Assembly: GCF_004010195.1 (NCBI RefSeq)
Contig: NC_057719.1
Span: forward strand, 8,455,604 to 8,519,603
Reading direction: 5' to 3'
DNA from: Chiloscyllium plagiosum
Taxonomy: Eukaryota
Length of the DNA stretch: 64,000 bases
Below, piece after piece: positions 38,796-51,427 of the stretch. The position numbers and the translations under genes are program-made. Positions within the stretch are counted from its first letter, which is position 1; the number at the start of each line of letters is the position of its first letter. The notes below the pieces were generated by a model that saw nothing but the letters and a program-made list of their open reading frames with translations, had not been told where the DNA came from and searched no databases.

Positions 38796-40125
38796 GGGTT
38801 TTGAGAAATATATCAGTCATGACTGAATGGTGCAGCAGACTCGATGGGCAGAATGGTCTAATTCTGCTCCTATCTCTTAAGGTCTTAAGTCAGGATGGTG
38901 AGTGGCTTGAAGGGGAATTTGTAGGTTATGGTGTTCCCATGTACCTGCTGCCCTTGGCCTTTGAGATGCAAGTGGTCATGTATTTGGAAGGTGCAGTCTG
39001 AGGTGAGGTTCTCTCACTGGAGTGAAGAATGAGTGATTGTACATCTTGAAGACTGAGTTGAACAGGATTGTGGTCAATAAGGGACTGAAGGATTATGGGG
39101 GCCAGGAAGCAGAGTGGGGTTGATTGACGATCAGATTACCAATGGTCATTTCGAATGGCACAATAGATTTGTGGAGCCAAATGACCCACTCATGCTTTTA
39201 ACTAATATGCTTCATACCCTCTCCACACTCACCTCCAACAAGTGGGAGGAACAAAGGGACTGCTCACTCGCTAAGATTAAAATCTTCCATTCAGTTGTCT
39301 TTCCTGCTTTCTGCTGGGTATCTAAACCTTCTGAAAGACACCCCCTAACCTGGATCTAGCCCTGAACCCACCTCACTCTCTCCCCTGTCTTCCAACCCAT
39401 GTCCTCCATGAGATCCTTCCCCACTTCTCCATGTCCTTGCCCACCCCACCCTCTCAACTGTGCTCTCCTTGGCCTCATTTTCGCCAAACCCTTGACCATG
39501 CAACTGCCCCACCTGGTCTTCACACTGACTCACTAAGCACAGGGCATTCAAAACCATCTGACCTCAACTTCCTGTTAATCTAATTACTTATACAACTGAA
39601 TGTCTGGACTATGTGAGAATGAAGATACATACTATTCAGTCAGGAAAGATGGGTATTGCTGGGGTTGGAGGGTTTGAGCTATAAGGAGAGGCTGAATAGG
39701 CTGGGGCTGTTTTCCCTGGAGCATCGGACACCGAAGGTTGACCTTATAGAGGTTTATAAAATCATCAGGGGCATGGCTAGGGTGAATAGTCAAGTCTTTT
39801 ACCCAAGGTAGGGGAGTCCAAAACTAGATGGTATAGGTTTAAGGTGAGAGAGGAGGTATTTAAAAAGATTTTTAAGTGCAACTTTTTCAAGCAGAGGGTG
39901 GTACGTGTATGGAATGAGCTGCCAGAGGAAGTGATGGAGGCTAGTACAATTAGAACATTTAAAAGGCATCTGGAAAGGCATATGAATAGGACGGGTTTGG
40001 AGGGATATGGGCCAAATGCTGGCAAATGGGATTATATTAATTTAAGTTATTTGGTCAGCATGGATCAGTTGGACCATGTTCCGTGCTGTACATCTCGATG
40101 ACTCGATGAGTCTATGATCGTATTG

Positions 40126-40281
40126 GGGTTTAGATCAGAGTGGTGCTGGAAAAGCACAGCAGGTCAGGCAGCATCCGAGGAGCAGGAAAATTGACGTTTT
40201 GGGCAAAAGCCCTTCATCAAACTCTGATCTAAAGCCTTGATCTAAACTCTGATTTCTAGCATCTGCAGTCCCCACTTTTTC
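40126..40281. mobile_element. Family A pLTR inverted element with 14-bp TSD
   Basis: ctatgatcgtattg (40112-40125) / ctatgatcatattg (40282-40295). Confidence 0.8.
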
Positions 40282-40939
40282 CTATGATCATATTGAAGTA
40301 CACAGCAGGCTTGAGGAGTCGAATGGTCTGTCCCTGCTCCTAATTCTCATGTTTCCAAACGTCTTAAATGTTTTGACACTCCTTCCCTCTGTTATCTGCT
40401 CAAATCCTCTGAATCTGGTTTCTGTCGCTGTCATTGTCCTAAATCCGCTCGGACCAAATTTGCAGATGCCACCTCCATAAGACCATATGACATAGGGGCA
40501 GAAATTAGGCCATTTGGCCCATTGAGTCTGCTCTGCCATTCAACCATGGCTGATAGGTTTCTCATCCTCAATCTTCCACTTTCGCTTGTCTTGCCATACC
40601 TTTGGTGGATTATTGCTCTTCACTCTCTCCGCAGTCTGTGTCATGTTCAATCTTTTCCACCAGAGACGATGAAAAGGGGCTATCATTTACTCGCGTCTAT
40701 CTAGTAACAGTCAGAGTATCTCTGGCAGCAGCTTTTCCCTGATCTCAGCAATCTTGTTTTCCCATCTTGCCTTCTTCACTTCCACGGTGCATCTTAGCAA
40801 CAGCATTCTCAAACATAGGGCCAATTCCTCAAGAAGCCTGACAACATTGTGGAGGAGGCAAAAGCCTAGTAACATGGCCAATGCACTATTGAATGCACTG
40901 AGATGAGAATGGACTTCAGGTGATCCATTTCAGCAGCGA

Positions 40940-43900
40940 GAGTCGAGAGAGTGCAAGCCGGGGGCAGCCGGGAAGGTAAATTTGAATATAAAATACTTAC
41001 TGCGTGAATCAGCGAAGCCATGGCTGAACAGGAGTGGACACGGACATAGGCACTGTTGGGTAAGTGATCTAATATGTTCAGCAGTGGCTAAGCCTGAAAC
41101 ACTACCTGTGTGGTGTCTCCCACCCATCCTCCGCCTCTAACCAAAGCAAAAGACTCTGTGTAGAAGGTTGGGAAGGTAAGGGTTTTTAAAAATCTCTTTT
41201 GGTAATTTAGAGCAGAGAGGATGGAAGCTAGGGCAGTTGCGTGCTCCTCTTGTAGGATGTGGGAGGTAAGGGTCACCACTAGTGACTTTGCCTGCGAGAA
41301 GTGTACCCAACTCCAGCTCCCCACACTCTGCATTAGGGAACAGGAGCTGGATGAACTTCGGATCATTCAGGAAGCTGAGGAGGTGATAGAGGGGAGTTAT
41401 AGGGAGGTAGTCACTCCAAAGTTACAGGATAAAGGTAGCTGGGTGACTGTCAGGCAAGGGAAAGGCAGACAGTGCTGAGATCCCCTCTGGCCATTCCCCT
41501 CAATAATAAGTATACCATTTTGGATACAATTAGGGTGGTGTGGGTGACCTACCAGGGGAAAGCCACAGCAGCCAGGTTTCTGGCACTGAGCCTGGACCTG
41601 TGGCTCAGAGGGAAGTGGGGAGAATAAGAGAGCGATAGTGGTAGGAGAATCTGTGGTTGCAAACAAGACTCCCGGATGGCATGTTGCCTCCCGAGTGCCA
41701 GGGTCAGGGATGTCTCGGATCGAGTCTACGGGATTCTTAACGGGGAGGGTGAGCAGCCAGAAGTCATGGTACACATTGGTACCAATGACATAGCTAGGAA
41801 AAGGGATGAGGACCTGAAAAGAGATTATAAGGAATTAAGTTGGAAGCTCACAGGCAGGACGAGCAGAGTAGTAATCTCAGGATTGCTGCCAGTACCATGT
41901 GCAAGTGAGGCTGGGGACAGAGAGCGAGTGCAGCTGAACACGTGGCTGCAGGGCAGATGTAGGAGGGAGGGTTTCAGACATATGGATCTTTGGGATACCT
42001 TCTGGGGAAGGTGGGACCTGTACAAGGAGGATGGGTTGTACCTGAACTGGAGGGGCACCAATATCCTGGGCGGGAGGTTTGCTAGAGCTCTTTGGAAGAG
42101 TTTAAACTATTTTGTCGGGGGAATGGGAACAGGAGTTATGGATCAGAGAATGGGGTAGCTGGTGAACAGGTGGATACAGTGCACAGACAGTCTGTGAGGA
42201 AGGATAGACAATTGATAGAGCAAAGTTTCAGTCAGGCACACTTCAACCTATCAGACTATTTTAACGCAAGAAATGTCAGGAATAAGGATGATGAATTATA
42301 GCATTGATCAGTACCTGGAGCTACGATGTTGTGGCCATTACAGAAAATTGAGTATGAAAGGGGCAGGAATGATTTTTGGATGTTCTGGGGTTTAAATGTT
42401 TCAAAAGGAATGGGCGGGGAGGTAAAAGAGGTGGTGGTGTGGCATTGCTAATCAGGGATAGTATCACTGCTACAGAAAGGGGGATCATCGAAGAGGTTTT
42501 GTCTACAGAGTCAGTGTGGGTGGAAGTCAGAAACAGGGAAGGAGCAGTCACTTTATTGGGAGGTTTCTACAGACTGCCCCTGGCCTCCCAACCCCCAGCC
42601 AATAGCAACAAAGACACGGAGGAGCAGATTGGGAGGCAGTTTTTGGAAAGGTGCAGAAGTAACAAGGTTGTTATAGAACATAGAACATAGAAGAATACAG
42701 CGCAGTACAGGCCCTTTGGCCCTCGATGTTGCGCCGATCCAAGCCCACCTAACCTAAACTAACCCACCATCCTCCATATACCTATCCAATGCCCGCTTAA
42801 ATGCCCATAAAGAGGGAGAGTCCACCACTGCTACTGGCAGGGCATTCCATGAACTTACGACACGCTGAGTGAAGAACCTACCCCTAAATTCAGTCCTATA
42901 TCTACCCCCCTTAATTTAAAGCTATGCCCCCTTGTAATACCCGACTCCATAAGCGGGAAAAGGTTCACACTGTCAACCCTATCTAACCCCCTAATCATCT
43001 TGTACACCTCAATCAAGTCACCCCTAAACCTAACTTTCGGAGATCTGTGTACATGGACACCAAGATCCCTCTGCTCATCCACACTACCAAGTATCCGACC
43101 ATTAGCCCAGTACCCCATCTTTTTGGACTTTTTGGACTTTGGAGCACTAGAAGGGGGCATGAAATGTCTTGGTGGGTAGTAGTGAGGAGAACCCCAAGGT
43201 GTTCTACATTTTTGTGAGGAACATTTTTGTGTTGTCATGGGTGACTTCAACTTCCCTAATAATGACTGGAACCTCCTTAGTTCAAATAGTTTGGATGGAG
43301 CAGTTTTTGTCAGGTGTGTCCAAGAAGGGTTCTTGACTGAATATGTTGATAGGCTGCCTAGAGGGGAGGCCATATTGGATTTGGTGCTTGGCAACGAACC
43401 AGATTAGGTGTCAGATCTCTCGATGGGAGACCATTTCGGTGATAGTGATCATAATTCCCCGACCTCATGGAGAGAGATAGGAGCAGATGGCATGGGAAAG
43501 TATTGAATTGGGGGAGGGGGAATTACAATGTTATTAGGCAGGAACTGTCGAGTATAAATTGGGAACAGATACTCTCAGGGAAATGCACAACAGAAATGTG
43601 GAGGATGTTTAGGGAGCACTTGCTGGTAGTGCTGGACAGGTTTGTCCCACTGAGGAAAGGAAGGGATGGTAAGTTGAAAGAACTTTGGATGACAAGGGAT
43701 GTGGAACATCTAGTCAAGAGGAAGAATGAAGCTGACTTAAGGTTCACGAGGTAAGAATCAGACAGGACTTTGGAGGGTTACAAGGTAGCCAGGAAGGAAC
43801 TGAAGAATGGACTTTGGAGCACTAGAAGGGGGCATGAAATGTCTTGGTGGGTAGTAGTGAGGAGAACCCCAAGGTGTTCTACATTTTTGTGAGGAACAAG

Positions 43901-44950
43901 AGGATGGTGAGAGTGAGGATAGGGCCAATCAAGGATAGTGGAGGGAACTTGTGTCTGGAGTCGGAGGAGGTGGAGGAATGAACACTTTGATTCAGTATTC
44001 ATTACTAAGAGGACCTTGTCATTTGTGAGGACAGCATGAAAACAGGCTGATATGCTCAAACAGTTTGATGTCAAGAGGGAGGATTGCTAGAACTTTTGAA
44101 AAACATGAAAATAGATAAGTCTCCTGGGCCAAACAGGATATATCCTAAGTTACTACGGGAAGCAAGAGAAGTGCTTGCTGTGCCTTTGTCAATAATCTTT
44201 GTGTTCTCACTATCCACTGGAGTAGTACCAGATGATTGGAAGGTGGCAAATGTTATCCCCTTGTTCAAAAAAAGGAATAGGGATAATCCTGGGAATTCCA
44301 GACCAGAATACAGAATTGGCTGGCCCATAGAAGACAGAGGGTAGTTCTTGTTGAAAAGTGGAATTTGGTGACCAGTGGTGTTCCACAGGGATTTGTTCTG
44401 AGACCTCTGCTCTTTGTGATTTTTATAAATGACTTGGATGAGAAATTGAAAGGGTCTGTTCGTAAGCTGGCCGATGACATGAAGGTTGGTGGAGTGGTGG
44501 ATAGTGTGGAGCTGAAAATGTGTTGCTGGAAAAGCGCAGCAGGTCAGGCAGCATCCAGGGAACAGGAGAATCGACGTTTCGGGCATAAGCCCTTCTTCCA
44601 CAGCCCTCCATACAGATAGTATAAGTTAGGAAAATAAGAAATAAAGCTAAAAAGATGGATATTACAGTCTTTCTTTCAGGGCCCCCCTGGTACCCAACCA
44701 GTGCCATCTTTGTGGAGGGCTGTTGCAGGTTGCAACCGGACATTGACAGGATGCAGACCTGAGCTGAGAAGTGGTAGATGGAATTCAATCTGAAAAAGTG
44801 TGAGGTGATTAATTTTGATAGGTCCAAATTGAATGCAGAATACAGGGTTAAAGGCAGGATTCTTGGCAGCATGGAGGAACAGGGGGATCTTGGGGTCCAC
44901 ATCCATAGATCCCTCAACGTTGTCACCCAAGTTGACAGGGTTGTTAAGAA
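40940..44950 (+). mobile_element. Near full-length decayed CR1-clade LINE (ORF1 zinc-finger/coiled-coil + SGNH esterase; ORF2 APE + RT), with nested insertions
   Basis: 41221 MEARAVACSSCRMWE...CEKC; 41676 CLPSARVRDV...VHIGTNDI...VVISGLLP...DGLYLNWRG; 42260-43400 YFNARN, RGGKRGGGVALLIR, VMGDFNFP; 44084-44900 DKSPGP, DWKVANVIPLFKK, GVPQGFVL.PLLFVIFINDLD, LADD. Confidence 0.92.
42673..43120 (-). mobile_element. Younger CR1 3' fragment inserted antisense into the large CR1
   Basis: (catagaa)n tail; RGDLIEVYKMIRGLDRVD and EQRDLGVHVHRS on minus; host reads gttgttat | gttgtcatgggtgacttcaac across the insertion. Confidence 0.85.
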
Positions 44951-45444
44951 CAGGGTTGGGTACCAGAGGGGCCCTGAAAGAAAGACTGTAATATCCATCT
45001 TTTTAGCTTTATTTCTTATTTTCCTAACTTATACTATCTGCGTAACTGTAATATAGTGCAACATTTTCTTTATTTTCTCCACTTTTTGTAACTAGATACT
45101 TTGTACCTAAGATGGTGCTTGTGTGTTGCCAATATTGCACACTTTTTTCTGTACTCCTGTTCATTTGTAACTTGAGTATGCGTGACAATAAACCTGATTC
45201 CAATTCGAATTCTAGTCGTCCAGAAGCCCTAGTAAACACTCTCAGTAGCTGGGTTCAAATCTCAGCATGGTAGACAGTGGGAATTTGAAATGGGTGGAAG
45301 GAAGTCTAGAGTTGCGAGTCTAATGCTGACTATTGTTGGGGGAAAAACCCATATGGTTCATTTTGGGTAAGGACATTGTCATCCTTGTCAAGAGTATGGT
45401 GCTGGAAAAGCACAGCAGGTCAGGTAGCATCCGAGGAGCAGGAA

Positions 45445-45480
45445 AATCGACGTTTCAGGCAAAAGCCCTTCATCAGGAAT
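45445..45480 (-). ncRNA. Minimal type-I hammerhead ribozyme (family A, intact core)
   Basis: Minus strand AUUC-CUGAUGA-A-GGGC(UUUU)GCCU-GAAAC-GUC-GAUU. Confidence 0.65.
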
Positions 45481-45909
45481 CCAGTCTGGCCTTCTAGTGA
45501 CTCCAGTCCCACAGCAATGTGCTTGACTCTAAATGCCAGTGATGCTCAAATCCTGCGAATGACTTAAAAATAAAACACACACAGCTATAAATCTCCCGTG
45601 AATGCTTCACTGCCTCAGTTTAGCAGGATGGAAAGTAACATCCTCCAGATCAAGACTATCATTCCTGTTCCTCACCACAAACTTCATTGCCATGGGTTTG
45701 AACCCAGAGAACTGACAGTTTTAGCATTGTACTAATCCCATGTGGATCCTCCTCCCAAGACTTGTCCCCCGCCAGTGAAACCTTCACTCACTTGCTCGTC
45801 ACCTCCAGACCTGACATTTCCAATGCTCTCCTGGTTGACTTTCCTTCTGCACCCTTTCAGAATTGGAACTTAACCAGAACTCTGCAGGCCAGGTCTTGCT
45901 TATGGACAG

Positions 45910-46240
45910 GCATCGTGGCATTGCCACTGGTCTGGACCTCCAGGATTCACAGTTCACTGCTTTATGGACATGTTCCAATCCCACCAACAGCACATGATGA
46001 AATCTGAATTCAATTTTTAAAAAATGCTGGAATGTAAACCCAGCCTAAGAGAGAGCGCGTAACACTTGTTGAGATCTAATTTGCTATGTTAATGCTCATT
46101 AGGGTGGGAAATTTACCATCCTTACTTGGTTTGGCCTACATGTGACTCCATACCCACAACAATATGGTCAACATTTAGCTGCCCTCTGGGTAATTAGGCC
46201 TAGCCAGCGATGTCCTTACCCCATAAATGAATTTTTTAAA
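45910..46240 (+). mobile_element. Second tRNA-derived SINE family (tail shared with the LINE at 12400-13030 / 20900-21360)
   Basis: catccttacttggtttggcctacatgtgactcca..cccacaacaat...ctgccctctgggtaattagg..ctagccagcgatg...atgaat; copies at ~45215-45570(+), 49880-50175(-), 50445-50785(-), 10125-10290(-), 13340-13480(-), 23120-23230(-). Confidence 0.7.
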
Positions 46241-49200
46241 AAATGACGATCCAGTCAGCACTACCCACATCTCATGAATAAAAGAAATCCCATCCATCAC
46301 GCAGATGTAGGTGTCCTGATCTCCCGACATCTCAGAGTTCATGGCTTTCCTGTTTCTTTTTGAAGCCTCCACCAGCCACACAATCATCCTAGTCTTCCCG
46401 GTTTTCCTGATCTTAAATTCCAGCGGCTCCCTCTCTGCCCCACTATTCACAAGTCTGTTTTCACCAATTTCCATTCAGTTGACAGAAATCTTTTCCTTGA
46501 ACATTCCATTACACCGGAGCAGATTAGGCCGTTCGGCCCATCAAGTCCACTCTGCCATTCAATCATTGCCAATATGTTTATAACCCATTCTCCTGCCTTC
46601 GCCCTGTAACCCTTGATCTCTTTACTAATCAAGAAACGAATCCCCTCTACACCTCATTGTCTCCTTTAAGACACTTGTTTAAGCCCACGTGTTTTTTTTA
46701 CTCCTTTTGATAACTCCCCATCTCAGCAATAATTGATATTTTGATTTTCACTGACGTATCTTGACCTGTTTTTCTACATTAAAGGGCTTAGATAAATATG
46801 AGAACCTGGAGTACTAGACCAGCGACATTGCCATGATGCCCCTACATCGCTCTCCTTCTTAAAGTTCACATTCAGTTAACTCCCCCTGCTCTCACCTATT
46901 CCAGTTTTCTTCGGTTTGAAATAATGCGCAACTTTCTTGAGTGCTTGCATCATTTTCTTTCTATCTCCTCCCTTATCCCAGGCTAGCGCATTTGATTGTC
47001 ACAATTCATGGTGAGACATGAAGCAAGATGTAAGCCTTTCTCTACAACATCTGTAATTTGCAACAAATCTACTCACTTTTGCCTAGGTTTCCAGTTGTGT
47101 GCAAAGTCTCTAATGAGACATTTCAATGTCCCAGCCATTTCTCAAACAAGTACAATGCTCTCAGTCAGCAGCTTGAACATCCGTGAGGTACAATACCTTA
47201 TCACTATGATTTGATTTTCTTCTGATTACTGCTTACACATGAGCTAGAGGCACCGTTTTTCAGAGAATTGGCTACTATCACAGGACAAGGAGGTTATCAT
47301 CAGCCATTCAACTCTCCTCTATCACCCCAAACAGATCACAGCTCATCTGTATCTTAACTGTATGTTTCTGCCTTGGTTCTCACAGAATCATAGAATCCCT
47401 ACAGTGTGGAAACTGACCATTTGGCCCAACAAGTCCACACCAACCCTCTGAAGAGTAACCCACCCAGACCCATTCCTCTACCCCTATTACTCTACATTTC
47501 CCCTGACCAATGAACCTAACCTCCATATCCCTGAATACTATGGGCAATTTATCATGATCAATTCACCTAACCTGCAACCCTTTGGACTTTGGGAGGAAAC
47601 CAGAGCACTCAGAAAAAACCCATGCAGACACGGGGAGAATGTGCAAACGCAGCGCGGACAGTCGCCCGAGGCTGGAATTGAACTCGGGTCCCTGCCGCTG
47701 TGAGCCAACTGAGCTACCATGCCGCCTGGCTCTTTAATAACCTTAGTTCACAAAAATCCATCAAGAAACAAGTGGCAATGCTCATATCCAGAAAGCACAG
47801 CATTGGAAAGCCACATCTGATGTTTCTTGCATTAAGGTATAATACTGGACTAATAAATGTGGTCACTCATTAACTGTGTAGTTTAGACTCTGGGAGTCAG
47901 GAATGTGATAGGACTGGAGTAGACCCTACAAGTGTAGCCAAAATGTGTGGCGTTGGAAAAGCACAACAGGTCAGGCAGCATCAGAGAAGCAGGAGAATTG
48001 ACGTTTTGGGCATAAGCCCTTCATCAGGAACGTTGGTGGGAACAGGGATGAGAGATGTATGGGGAGTGGGAGTGGGACTAGGGGGAAGGTAAATGTGAAG
48101 GTGATATTGACCTGTCCGACCTGACCATCTTCCTTCCCACCTATCCACTCCACTCTCCCCTCCGACCTATCAGAATCACCCCCGAACTTCATCCACCTAT
48201 CACCTTCCCAGCTACTTTCCCCCCAGCCCCACTCCCAACGTGTATCTGCCATTCCCCTTCCCCCTCCACATTCCTGATGAAGGGCTTATGCCTGAAGGGC
48301 TGATGAAGGGCTTATGCCTTTCCAGCGCCTCCCTTTTAAGACTCTGTTTCTTCAACATCTCACTTTCTCCAACAAATGGAGCTTCAGACAGAGAAACACT
48401 CATATTCTATAATCCTTCCAGAGGCGCTGGTGAGGAACTCTGCCGTCAGCTTAGCTGGTCGTCCATCGACCTCAAGTGGGTAAAGGGAAGAAATACTCAT
48501 GGGGCAGCAGTGATTTATTTCAGAGGGTTGACAAATTCAGTTTTCTGGTGACTTGCACCCTCGGGAGGCTAGATGGGAGGCATTTTCCTTTAGGTCCAAC
48601 TGACCCCAATGGTTGGACCACGCTTGTCAGGAACTTGGTTGTCTTGAGAATTGCACCAATATCATCCAGCCTCTCAATGGCTTTACGTGTCACATTATCC
48701 CAGAGTTTTGTCAGCCTTTGGAAGCAGTGGCGAGACGTCCGTTCTCAGCCCTGACTTCCTCACTTACAACTCGGCACATAAATTGGTTCCCCCTGGTCAG
48801 AAATGGTGTGAACGAGTGTCACCATTCACAGTACTGCAAATTCTGACTCATCAAAATCAGACCACTATTCCTTCAATTGTCCCTTTGGGGAATTCCAGAT
48901 CATAATAATTGTGCGCATGAGAGTTCTTCTTCTCATCCGTTTTGTGGATTTTTTTTTTGCAAATTATTTTAAATCTGTGCTCTGATTGCTGATGCTTCCG
49001 CTAGTGATTAAAATGCCCCCTTTTTTAAGATCAATCATCACATTTCATATTGTTATTAAACTTCCATTCCACCTTCTCTGGTCATTTCATATGATTGAAG
49101 TCCCTCATTCTTGACACCAAACTTGTAAATTTCATTGGCACATCAGTTTTCTTTTCCTGTTTTAGTCTTCCAAAGGTTTATTGCCCATCCTTAGTTACAG

Positions 49201-49333
49201 AGAGGGCAGTTAATAGACAGCCATATTATAATGGATCTGTAGTCACATGCTGGCCAGACTGGGTAAAGACAGCAGATTTCCTTCTCGACAGGACGACTTT
49301 AATCTGTTTAAAAATTCATCCACAAAATGTGGA

Positions 49334-49869
49334 TGAAATACCTCCTCAGGACCCTGTAGCCCATCACTAAGTCACTCTTTATTTGCATGTGGAGCGTCCT
49401 TGACACTGAACCAGCTTCCTCAGTGCCAGCTATCAGAGTGAACGGAACCTCGGACTCTCCTGTCAGCCAGGGCTCCCTGATTGGACCAGGTTAACAGCCC
49501 CAAACAGGAAACTCATATTCTATGAGGTGGCACAATGGCTCAGCGATTAGCACTGCTATCTCACAGCGCCAGGGATGTGGGTTCAAATCTACGCTCAGGT
49601 GACTGCCTGTGTAGAGTTTGCACATTCTCCCCATGTTTATGTGGTTTTTCTCTCGCAGTCCAAAGACATGCAGGTTAGATGGATTAGCCATGCTAAATTG
49701 TCCATAGTATCCATGGATTTGCAACTTAGATGTGGTTTACAGGGATAGGGTATGAAGGTAGTTATGGCGGGGGATGCTCTTCAGAGGGTTGGTGTTGACT
49801 TGATGGGCTGAATGGCTTGTTTCCACACTGCAGGGATTCTATGAGGTCGATCTGGCTGACCTCATTACA
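49334..49869 (-). mobile_element. Solo LTR (TG...CA) interrupted by an HE1 SINE
   Basis: Minus strand starts tgtaatgaggtcagcc, has aataaagagtgact, ends tatttca; HE1 at ~49525-49845 flanked by attctatgaggt (49517-49528, 49836-49847). Related LTR pieces at ~29805-29890, 30890-30960, 31050-31170, 31755-31855. Confidence 0.7.
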
Positions 49870-50794
49870 ATCTCTGAAGCAGGCATTACTGGCTAGGCCA
49901 GCATTTATTGCCCATCCCTAAGTACTCAGAAGGCAGTTCATCGCTGTGGGTCAGGAATCACATCTAGGCCAGAGCAAGTGAGGATGGCCGATTCCCTTCC
50001 TTAAACAGCCTTTGTAAGCCCAATGATTTATTTTAAAACCCACAATCACCGTGACACTGACATTTTCCTAATTTCAGATTTTGATTGAATTTGATTTCCA
50101 CCATCGTCAATGCTGGGATTTCAGCTATGATCCTCAACATGTTAGCTGAGGCCATGAATCATTCAGTGACATTGCTTCTCACAAAGGCTATTTGCAAGGC
50201 TGTGGTATGATTTTTAAAAGTGTGACGCCCTGAATTAAACAGAATACTCGAGTTGAGGGCCAAAGTGTATCTTGCCTTATATTTTTCATTAGAGCTTTAA
50301 AAACAAACTTCCTTTTTCTAATTCAGGCATGATTGGCAAGACCATCATTTATTGTCCATCTTAGTGGTCCTGATACAACTGAATAACTTTTGTCAGCCAC
50401 CCCTGAGGGCCATAGTTGTAAGCATATATAGACATATTTAACCTTTCTTTTATTCATTCAGGGTATGTAGGCATCACTGACTAGGCCAGCAGTCATCATC
50501 CGTTGCTAATTGCCCAGAGGGCAGTTAAGAGTCAACCATTTCACTATGGGTCTGGAGGCTTGCCCACAAAAGGACGGAAGATTTCCTTTCCTAAAGGGCA
50601 TTAGTGAATCAGATGGCTTTTTCCGACAACAAACAATGGATTCATGGTCACCATTAGATTCTCAATTCCAGATTTTTATTGAATGTATATGACACCATCT
50701 GCCCTGGTGGGTTCAAACCCAGATCCCCAGACCATTACCCGGGAGGAATAGCCTAGCAATAACACCACCAGGATCAACGCCTCTCTACATTCAC

Positions 50795-51427
50795 AGAGAT
50801 GATGCTGTGGCTGTAAGAGGTTATTTGGTCCTTTTTTTTTGAGGAGAGGTTGTAAGGCAGCAGCGTTGAGCAGTCTGGGGTAAGGTAAACAGCTTGGGAG
50901 GCCTCGGGATTTTTTTTACTAGCCCGAATGGGTGTGATCGGCTCTCACAGATCAGGATTTCTGGGTTTTAGTTTTTCAATAGTATTAAAAGCTGCTGGGG
51001 TCTCAACTGATTTGGAGGCTTCAGTGAAAGTCTCCTAGCTGCTTGTCTTTCTGAATTTTCTCTTGATGGTTTTACCTCCTGGATTGGAGAACTGCATGTG
51101 AGAACCTGACTCTGAATTTGCCTTTTTTGCCAAGGGGTGTGTTTATGGGATTGTTACTGTATTGGAACGGTTGATTAGTAATTTTACTGGATCTATTATT
51201 CAGTTAAATTTTCCAATAGAGTTAAGCTATTCTATGTTCCTCTTTCTTTCGTTTGTACTTTAACTATAGTACTTAAATAAATTGTTTTTGCTTAATGTCG
51301 AGTAGTTTGACCAGTCGCATTGCATCTGGAACATGGCACTTCACATTTGCCTTTAAAATAAGAAAAAGTTAGGGTCAGGGCTACCTTCTTAAAATATTTT
51401 GAGGGGGATCTGGTCTGGCCCATAACA
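50795..51427 (+). mobile_element. LTR-like repeat
   Basis: Shares blocks with ~35475-36015 and ~26640-27046; contains aataaa and ends ggtctggcccataaca. Confidence 0.55.

Noticed and set aside
48240..48905. Cluster of short ORFs as a possible exon
   Set aside because: Starts in a family A repeat, no recognisable protein similarity and no convincing splice pair.
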